Shown here: positions 23,735-30,358 of the stretch, one piece after another | How positions within the stretch are numbered: the first letter of the stretch is position 1 | Layout of the letters: the number at the start of each line of letters is the position of its first letter | Origin: a virus | Lineage: Duplodnaviria; Heunggongvirae; Uroviricota; Caudoviricetes | IMG/VR virus record: IMGVR_UViG_3300032280_000594 | DNA length: 30,575 bases | Direction: 5' to 3' (one strand) | Notes under the pieces: model-generated | Seen by the model: the letters and a program-made list of their open reading frames with translations, nothing else | The model's database searches: none | Told to the model about the DNA's origin: nothing | Made by a program: the position numbers and the translations under genes

Positions 23735-24003
23735 GAGATAAAGTATATAAAGAATTTAATGTAGGTGATGAAGTTTATACACATAAGGTTACTTGGAAAG
23801 CAATTACTGCCAATAAACCTTATATCGTATTAGCTTGTTATAAACCAGATGGTTATGTAGATGATTATCCTGTTAGAGTTATTGACATTAAAACTGATAA
23901 AGGTTTTATATCTAGATATGCAACTGACAAATTTCACAAAACTGATACACAGATTAGACAAGATAAGATAAATTCAATACTCAATGACAATACGACAATA
24001 TAA
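23728..24003 (+). CDS. small SH3-like family protein with R-x-x-K-I helix
   Basis: FNVGDEVY...ITANKPYIV...TQIRQDKINSILND. Confidence 0.8.
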   Translation: MVRDKVYKEFNVGDEVYTHKVTWKAITANKPYIVLACYKPDGYVDDYPVRVIDIKTDKGFISRYATDKFHKTDTQIRQDKINSILNDNTTI

Positions 24004-24316
24004 AAAGAAATACTTTATTTGTAAAGATGATTTCGGAAAAATGATTTACTTAGGTGATACTGTTGAGGTATGGATGCCATGTGAAACAAAACCATATCAA
24101 TCTTGTGTTTATTGGAATAGATTAGATGGTGCTTTCATTGATGGACATCCTGCTCATGTTAAAATGGGTCATTCTAGTCATAGAAGTTTAAACGCATTTT
24201 TTATGAGAAATAGTCCACCTGTTCCTATTTATGATTCATTTGATGATGATGCTGTACCTACTTGGCATCAAGGTTATGTTAAGAAAGTAAAATCATTTTA
24301 TGAAGGAGAAGATTAA
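23984..24316 (+). CDS. YopX-like phage protein
   Basis: KDDFGKMIYLGDTVEV resembles YopX KDKNGKEIYEGDIV motif. Confidence 0.55.
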   Translation: MTIRQYKKKYFICKDDFGKMIYLGDTVEVWMPCETKPYQSCVYWNRLDGAFIDGHPAHVKMGHSSHRSLNAFFMRNSPPVPIYDSFDDDAVPTWHQGYVKKVKSFYEGED

Positions 24317-24701
24317 GCAAATTTTTACTGAATTAGTTGAGTCTATTGAGGTTAATGGTTATTATAGGAATGTTAGAAAGATAGAGGTTAATACTGAACG
24401 TGATAGTATTTATATCTTCTTTACTGACTTTAGAAATAATGATGAGTCTGCACCAGAAATAGATTTAGGTGATAAAGTACATAATAAATGGTATTTTAGA
24501 CTTTATAATAAAATTATTGAAGAATATACCAATTCTGATGAGGATTATTTGGCAATGATTGATAATTATACCACTATAAATTTTTACACTGACTGGTTCA
24601 AAAGATTAGAATATGACGTAAATACTTTATATTTACGAGTAAATCTAACAGAACTTACTGGATTTATTAGAGATAAAAAGATTTCAAAATTATTAGAATA
24701 A
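24300..24701 (+). CDS. hypothetical protein with C-terminal R-x-x-K-I helix
   Basis: ends GFIRDKKISKLLE*. Confidence 0.8.
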   Translation: MKEKIKQIFTELVESIEVNGYYRNVRKIEVNTERDSIYIFFTDFRNNDESAPEIDLGDKVHNKWYFRLYNKIIEEYTNSDEDYLAMIDNYTTINFYTDWFKRLEYDVNTLYLRVNLTELTGFIRDKKISKLLE

Positions 24702-24706
24702 ATTTT

Positions 24707-24715
24707 TTATATATA
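24707..24715 (+). promoter_or_regulatory. putative late promoter variant TTATATATA
   Basis: upstream of 24741. Confidence 0.45.
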
Positions 24716-24740
24716 CTTATATAAAAAATAAAATAATAAG

Positions 24741-25091
24741 ATGAAACTTAAAAAGTTTAACAATTTCTTAAATGAAAATTTAGAAGGACCACAAGATGCG
24801 GTGGTTGATACTCCTACAGGTGAAATAACTTTATACAGACTAACTTCTCACTCAGTTGTTGATTTAAACGATCCAGGAGAGTTTTATGTAAATTCACCAG
24901 AATCTGTTGATCCAAAATTATTAGATAAACCAGGTCAAGATTTATTCTTAATTACCGTTACTACTGATGCTTCAAACATTGATACTGAAGGTACTGAAAA
25001 AGAAGCTGCAAAACAAGATAATGATGCTATTGTAATGGTTAAAGATTCGACTAAATGTGAGATTGTTACTATAGTTCCTTACACTAAATAA
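24741..25091 (+). CDS. putative virion internal protein, possibly degenerate ADP-ribosyltransferase-like fold
   Basis: Leader MKLKKFNNFLNE; ITLYR...PGEFY...LFLITV...NID. Confidence 0.75.
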   Translation: MKLKKFNNFLNENLEGPQDAVVDTPTGEITLYRLTSHSVVDLNDPGEFYVNSPESVDPKLLDKPGQDLFLITVTTDASNIDTEGTEKEAAKQDNDAIVMVKDSTKCEIVTIVPYTK

Positions 25092-25120
25092 ACTATTTTA
25101 CTTTACAAACTATAATTGGT

Positions 25121-26020
25121 ATGATAGATAAAATAGAACTATTTGGAAAACAAATAGAATTAAAGACACATAACTGTCACCTATTCGATCAAGAAGCACA
25201 ACCCGTTGAAGAACCTTATATAAACTTTTATATAAGAACTAAGTTCTGTAACGCGAAATGTGCTTTTTGTACTTATGCGGATGATGCAAGTAAATACTCA
25301 GCTAAGAAACTACAAGAAGTATTTGAAGAAATTTCTCCTAAAATTAAAATACGAAAGGTTGCCATTTCAGGTGGTGAACCTACTTTATATTGGGATAACT
25401 TCGTAAATATAGTAGAACTTGCTAAAAAGTATGCACCTGATGCTGAGTTAAGTATGAATACTGATGGATTTCGTTGGAAACAATTATTTGAAGATCCAAT
25501 TTATAAAGAGTTTGATTATATTCAACTATCTCGTCACCATTATGATGATGCTATAAATGATGAAATCTTTAAATGTAAAACTCCTACTTTTGATGAGATT
25601 AAATGGGCCGCTGGACTTCAAACACATCCACATCAAATTCAATTTAGATGTAACTTGATTAAAGGTTATGTTGATAACAAGGATGAGGTATTTAATTTTT
25701 TAAACTGGGCTAACTCAGTTGATATAAATGATATAGGTTTAGTTTCTTTAATGCCAATCAATGATTATTCAAAAGAAAATTATATTTACTTTCATATTAA
25801 AGAATTGATTGGAGATAATTTCTTTTTAACAAAAGAATGGAAAAGACATGGTGGAGGTTGTGAGTGTTTTAACTATGTTTATATGCCACATGATGAAACA
25901 TTTAGAAGACCTATGAAAGTATATCACAAGAATACTTTTGCACCGTCAGACATCAAAGAAACACTTGTATTTGATGGACAGAATGTAAGATTAGGATTTG
26001 ACGGAGAGATAATATACTAA
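25121..26020 (+). CDS. radical SAM enzyme, substrate unknown
   Basis: CNAKCAFC (CxxxCxxC), ISGGEP, MNTDG; no SPASM-type Cys cluster beyond CxC. Confidence 0.9.
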   Translation: MIDKIELFGKQIELKTHNCHLFDQEAQPVEEPYINFYIRTKFCNAKCAFCTYADDASKYSAKKLQEVFEEISPKIKIRKVAISGGEPTLYWDNFVNIVELAKKYAPDAELSMNTDGFRWKQLFEDPIYKEFDYIQLSRHHYDDAINDEIFKCKTPTFDEIKWAAGLQTHPHQIQFRCNLIKGYVDNKDEVFNFLNWANSVDINDIGLVSLMPINDYSKENYIYFHIKELIGDNFFLTKEWKRHGGGCECFNYVYMPHDETFRRPMKVYHKNTFAPSDIKETLVFDGQNVRLGFDGEIIY

Positions 26021-26044
26021 AAAAGAGACTTTAAAGTCTCTTTT
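26021..26044. terminator. bidirectional intrinsic terminator
   Basis: perfect 24-nt palindrome AAAAGAGACTTTAAAGTCTCTTTT between convergent genes. Confidence 0.85.
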
Positions 26045-26049
26045 ATTTT

Positions 26050-26337
26050 TTAACAACTACTTCTTTGGTAACCACCACCGCCACCACAACCATCATTATG
26101 ATACTGGTAAGTTGGTGCAGGTTGAGGTGCCGGAGCAGGTCTTACTGGTGCAGCTGGTGCAACATAAGGTTCTATATCATGTTCAACACAAAATTCCATA
26201 TAAGTTGCTTTTTGTACGTCTCCAGTTTTAACTAAGTCATAAACTGCAGCATTAAATTTTTCTTCAAGTGTTGTACCTTGGTATCTTTTGCTATAAAAAG
26301 CATAAAGTTTATTTAATAAGTCTATTTCTTGTGACAT
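26050..26337 (-). CDS. small protein with Pro/Ala linker and Gly/Cys-rich tail
   Basis: ...APAAPVRPAPAPQPAPTYQYHNDGCGGGGGYQRSSC*. Confidence 0.8.
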   Translation of the reverse strand: MSQEIDLLNKLYAFYSKRYQGTTLEEKFNAAVYDLVKTGDVQKATYMEFCVEHDIEPYVAPAAPVRPAPAPQPAPTYQYHNDGCGGGGGYQRSSC

Positions 26338-26357
26338 TATTTTTAATTATTTTTATC

Positions 26358-26672
26358 TTACCAATCACATGCGAATCTTATTGTATCTAGATCGTAATCT
26401 ACTAACAATTTTAGAACTGCTGGATAGTATTTTATTTTGTTTTTCCAGTAATCACCTGCATTACCATCAATTACCTTTTGACACCAGTCTTTTGAATATC
26501 TACTTGATATTGTACCTTCTTCCCACATATCCATGTTGTCAAAGAATTCATTACCATCAAAATCAAAATCATTATTATCGATGAATTCGAAAAAGTCGGA
26601 CGCACTAGCAACCGGTTCAATAAATACTTTTTTATCAACGGACTCGTTTATTTTATCTGTGAATTTTTTCAT
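26358..26672 (-). CDS. putative virion internal protein, acidic
   Basis: Leader MKKFTDKINES. Confidence 0.8.
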   Translation of the reverse strand: MKKFTDKINESVDKKVFIEPVASASDFFEFIDNNDFDFDGNEFFDNMDMWEEGTISSRYSKDWCQKVIDGNAGDYWKNKIKYYPAVLKLLVDYDLDTIRFACDW

Positions 26673-26675
26673 GAC

Positions 26676-27692
26676 TTATATATTAAAATTATTTTTTATA
26701 ATTTCAACACATTCTTCAAATCTTTCTCGCCAAGTTCCACCAACTTCTACAAAATGACAACCTCTATTTACTAATTCATTTTTAATGACTTCATAATGTT
26801 GTTGTCTTTCTTCTAAGAAACTTCTTGTACCATCTTGAACAGCATCACAATCCGGTTTCAAAATAATATATAAATCATACTTTTTCTTCTCAGAAAGTTT
26901 ATTTAAAAACCATTCGGTTTCTTTTTGATGTTCTTCATTAGGACAATACATATCTAAGAATAGATAGGTTGTAATGTCTTCTGTATCACAGAATAATAAT
27001 TTATTTGATCTTTTAATCATCCAATCCTCTAATGTTTGTCTTCCTTCTGAAATAGGAATAAAATCTTCAACACCTACTTTATTACCATTTCCTTCATAAA
27101 CTATTCTACCATATTCATCAACAAAATTGGTTTGAAACCAATTTGCTAACTCTTTAGTCATTGTAGATTTACCAACAGATTCTGGTCCCATTATTGCAAT
27201 TCTTTTTACAAAAAATGGTTTTAATTCATCTGAAATAAAATCCCATTTTTCAAAAGGATTTTCTCTAACTGCAGTTCCCGATACTGGAAAATTAGTTCTT
27301 TCCTTATCTACTAAGAAATGTTCTACACCTAAGTGTTCTGCAAATCCATCACCGTAATCTTCTGATGTAAATACAACATCTAGCTCATCAACTAAATTAT
27401 AAATTTGTGGAACCCAGTAAGAATAGAATTCTTCTAGTGATTCACATTCATAATCATGTTGAGGTAGTCCGGTATCATCAAACTGATATACGATTACATT
27501 AGGGTTGTTTTGGTACGTTTTCTTTAGTCCGAGGTATCTTACGTCACCTGGAATATTTTGTGTCTTATTATGTGATATAATGACGTGAACGTGTTCACAA
27601 TTCTCAATTGCGGTATCAATAAGATACTTATGTCCCAAGTGGAAAGGTGCAAACTTGCCTAAAACTAATCCACTTTTAAACTTTTTTTCCAT
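26676..27692 (-). CDS. nadR: NadR-type bifunctional NMN adenylyltransferase / ribosylnicotinamide kinase (no HTH)
   Basis: GKFAPFHLGH (HxGH nucleotidyltransferase), VFTSEDYG, PVSGTAVR, Walker A GPESVGKST, EYGR, LFCDT, QDGTR. Confidence 0.92.
   Translation of the reverse strand: MEKKFKSGLVLGKFAPFHLGHKYLIDTAIENCEHVHVIISHNKTQNIPGDVRYLGLKKTYQNNPNVIVYQFDDTGLPQHDYECESLEEFYSYWVPQIYNLVDELDVVFTSEDYGDGFAEHLGVEHFLVDKERTNFPVSGTAVRENPFEKWDFISDELKPFFVKRIAIMGPESVGKSTMTKELANWFQTNFVDEYGRIVYEGNGNKVGVEDFIPISEGRQTLEDWMIKRSNKLLFCDTEDITTYLFLDMYCPNEEHQKETEWFLNKLSEKKKYDLYIILKPDCDAVQDGTRSFLEERQQHYEVIKNELVNRGCHFVEVGGTWRERFEECVEIIKNNFNI
26677..26685 (-). promoter_or_regulatory. putative late promoter TAATATATA embedded in last codons of nadR
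   Basis: TTT AAT ATA TAA (F-N-I-stop) contains the motif; 4 nt upstream of ATG 26672. Confidence 0.6.
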
Positions 27693-28207
27693 TGTTTTAA
27701 ACCTGTTATTGCTAAAATTAAAAACACAAAGTAAGTTATTGAAGATAAATATTGTTCTTCATTTAAGAAGAAAACTACAAATAAAATATCTGCAATTATC
27801 CAATAAAACCAAGTATCTATTTTTCTCTTTGCTAAAAGTGTCATTGCGATTAAACTCAATGACGTTGTTATACCATCAAAGTAAGGTGATTTATCACCAG
27901 TCATTATCAGTATAAATGTTATAAATATTGTAAGTAAAAAGCTTGATATTGCTAATATATTTCTATCATGTTTTTCTAGCCATTCTACTTTAGTATCTTG
28001 AATTACATTCCATTTCGACCAACCATATATTGCTTGTATAAAAAATGGAATTTGAAGAAGCATGTTTCCCCAAATATGATTTTCATAAAAGAATAGACCG
28101 TAGAAGATCACTCCTACCATTGCAAAAGGCCATGTGAATATATTATTTTTAACTGCAAATACTACAGATAATAAACTAAAAATGACTGCTATGATTTCTA
28201 TATCCAT
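27665..28207 (-). CDS. pnuC: PnuC-family vitamin (nicotinamide riboside-type) transporter
   Basis: Multiple TM helices; NIFTWP, LLQ, IYGWSKW, PYFDG, WFYWIIAD (WxxWxxxD). Confidence 0.92.
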   Translation of the reverse strand: MDIEIIAVIFSLLSVVFAVKNNIFTWPFAMVGVIFYGLFFYENHIWGNMLLQIPFFIQAIYGWSKWNVIQDTKVEWLEKHDRNILAISSFLLTIFITFILIMTGDKSPYFDGITTSLSLIAMTLLAKRKIDTWFYWIIADILFVVFFLNEEQYLSSITYFVFLILAITGLKQWKKSLKVD

Positions 28208-30255
28208 TAGAATTTATAATTAAATGTCATATAAAAGTTTGTACCAGCGGTGTAGTAAAAACTTCTTGTTATACCATCTGTGATACCTCCAGTTGTCCAA
28301 TTTTTATCCAATATATTATTTACAAATAATCTAATACAAGTATCATCACTAAGATTGTAAGAAATACTTGTATCAACTAAGTGATATTCTGGACAAATAA
28401 ATGAATTGTTATTGTCTAAGAAAGATTGTGCAACATATTTATAATTGGCACCTAGTTCAATCTTACCTAGTTTATAATTTGTAAATAAGTTAGATATAAA
28501 ATTAGGAGTTAAAACTGGCTCAGATTTCACATCATCTAACCAAACTTTATTTTTAGAAAAATTAAATGTTGTTCCGAATTCTAACTTTTTCAATTTCAAT
28601 GTTAGATCACCTTCTAATCCTAATCTATTACTTTTAGTAGCATTTGTTCCAAGAGCAATACCCATTGAGTTTAATTGACCAATTGATACAATTTCATCAG
28701 TAAAATACATTGAGTAAACATTGAATGAACCTTTTACATATTTGGTTATAACCTTAGTTCCTACTTCAAGGTCTCTTACAGTCTCCGGTTTTAAATTTAT
28801 AATATTATTTGGATTTTGACTGCTTGAGTATTCTGAACCATCAATTGTTATACTATGATTAGTATTAGATATATGATCGTAATTTCCTAATAGGTTAGTT
28901 CTACTTGGTTCTCTTGAAGATTTACCAAAACTTACATAAGGTTTAAAAGTATCATTTCCTTGAAATGAAATACCAAATGAGTAATTATTAAAATTATGTT
29001 CATATAATTTATTACCATATTCATCACTGATATATTTTAATGAAGTATTTCTTAATTGATAATCACCTTCTATAATCCAATTTAGTCCTATTTTATATGA
29101 TGTTTTTACAAATATAGTTGCATCAAATTTTTGACCTATATTTTCATAGTTTAATATTGTAATATCTTGATATGTATTTGGATCAGTATATTTCCCAATA
29201 TGTTTTCTTTCGTATGAGTTTAAAGTAAATCCTGGTTGAATTGTAAATCCATTACTTGTATGTTTAACATTATAATATGCACCCCAATTTTCTGAATTTA
29301 GTTTAAGATTTTTAATACCAAAAGATTTATCCTGTTTCTTGTTGAAGTTTGGCATATCATAATCACCATCAACATGAGTAAGGTAAGTACTCAAATTAAA
29401 TATAGTTTGTTCAGAGAACTTACCTGCAACTTGTAGTTGATAGATACCACTTGTGAAATCATCATATTGTGGTTTAATTCCAAATTCTGTTGCTAATATG
29501 TTTGTTGTGGCAGGTGAACCTTCTGGAACGGGTAGCCATGCTTGACCATTTTTAGTTTTACCAAATACTGCATTAAATCTAACTGATGTATATTCATTTC
29601 TATATCCTAATGACGTTGAAAAAGATGAACTTTTACCAGATGAGAAATCTCTAAATCCGTCAGTATAAGTTTCTGATACTCTAAATGTGGCACCAAATCC
29701 TTTTTTAGTAACTCCCGTATTTATTTTTACTGAGGTTTTTCTTGAATTAAAACTACCTAACATAGATGTGAATTCTCCGGATTTTTTATCAAATGGACTT
29801 GTTAAATCCATATTAACTAATCCTACATAAGAACTTGCACCATTAGAAGATACTCCTGCACCTCTGATAATTTGAACAGAGCGTAAACTACTAAGTAAAT
29901 CGGTATAATTAGAAGTATAAACTGCTAAATCTTCACCATCATTTAGTGGTACACCATTTAATGTATAGTTGATACGATTTTGACCCATACCTCTTAAAGT
30001 AAAATAGGAATATCCAAAAGGAGTTCCGTTATCGCTTTGAGCTACGATTGAGGGAGTTTTTGAGAAGAAATAAGGAGTTTCTTGTGCGAAGTAAGTTTTT
30101 ACAGAATCCATCTGTATTGTTTTTGCGGAAGCCGCTTCTAATTTAAACCTTGATGCAGTTATAGTAACTTCATCTAAAGTTTTAATTGTGTCATTTTGTG
30201 CATAAATAGTGGTCGTAAATAACATTACGAGTGCTATTAAAAGTCTTTTTATCAT
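28207..30255 (-). CDS. TonB-dependent outer-membrane receptor (Bacteroidota vitamin-receptor type)
   Basis: Signal peptide MIKRLLIALVMLFTTTIYA|Q (start moved from 30342); TLDEVTITA TonB-box-like; plug motif LRG..QNRINYTLNGVPLND...SVQIIRGAGVSSNGA; beta-barrel strands; terminal Phe (FNYKF). Confidence 0.92.
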   Translation of the reverse strand: MIKRLLIALVMLFTTTIYAQNDTIKTLDEVTITASRFKLEAASAKTIQMDSVKTYFAQETPYFFSKTPSIVAQSDNGTPFGYSYFTLRGMGQNRINYTLNGVPLNDGEDLAVYTSNYTDLLSSLRSVQIIRGAGVSSNGASSYVGLVNMDLTSPFDKKSGEFTSMLGSFNSRKTSVKINTGVTKKGFGATFRVSETYTDGFRDFSSGKSSSFSTSLGYRNEYTSVRFNAVFGKTKNGQAWLPVPEGSPATTNILATEFGIKPQYDDFTSGIYQLQVAGKFSEQTIFNLSTYLTHVDGDYDMPNFNKKQDKSFGIKNLKLNSENWGAYYNVKHTSNGFTIQPGFTLNSYERKHIGKYTDPNTYQDITILNYENIGQKFDATIFVKTSYKIGLNWIIEGDYQLRNTSLKYISDEYGNKLYEHNFNNYSFGISFQGNDTFKPYVSFGKSSREPSRTNLLGNYDHISNTNHSITIDGSEYSSSQNPNNIINLKPETVRDLEVGTKVITKYVKGSFNVYSMYFTDEIVSIGQLNSMGIALGTNATKSNRLGLEGDLTLKLKKLEFGTTFNFSKNKVWLDDVKSEPVLTPNFISNLFTNYKLGKIELGANYKYVAQSFLDNNNSFICPEYHLVDTSISYNLSDDTCIRLFVNNILDKNWTTGGITDGITRSFYYTAGTNFYMTFNYKF

Positions 30256-30278
30256 ATTATTAGATTTTAATTTGGTAA

Positions 30279-30286
30279 CAAAGATA
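30279..30286 (-). promoter_or_regulatory. Bacteroidota-type -7 promoter element TATCTTTG
   Basis: 23 nt upstream of receptor ATG 30255. Confidence 0.65.
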
Positions 30287-30321
30287 TAAATTATTTTTGT
30301 AATAAATACATATTTTTTTAT

Positions 30322-30330
30322 TAATATATA
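30322..30330 (+). promoter_or_regulatory. putative late promoter TAATATATA
   Basis: 28 nt upstream of ATG 30359. Confidence 0.6.
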
Positions 30331-30358
30331 GTTTATAAACAAAAAAAATAACTTAAAA

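Noticed and set aside
25121-26020. Naming the radical SAM as QueE, NrdG or MoaA
   Set aside because: Only generic CxxxCxxC/GGEP motifs visible; no family-specific signature or partner genes in the window
345-27915. Shadow ORFs in the track (345+, 5819-, 6176-, 10284+, 11358+, 13213-, 17060+, 18055-, 20374-, 20673-, 21337-, 23411-, 26369+, 26533+, 27655+)
   Set aside because: Antisense to better-supported genes, with no motifs, promoters or operon coupling
30256-30358. TPP or other riboswitch upstream of the TonB-dependent receptor
   Set aside because: Leader is short and almost pure A/T; no CUGAGA/GGG-rich aptamer core
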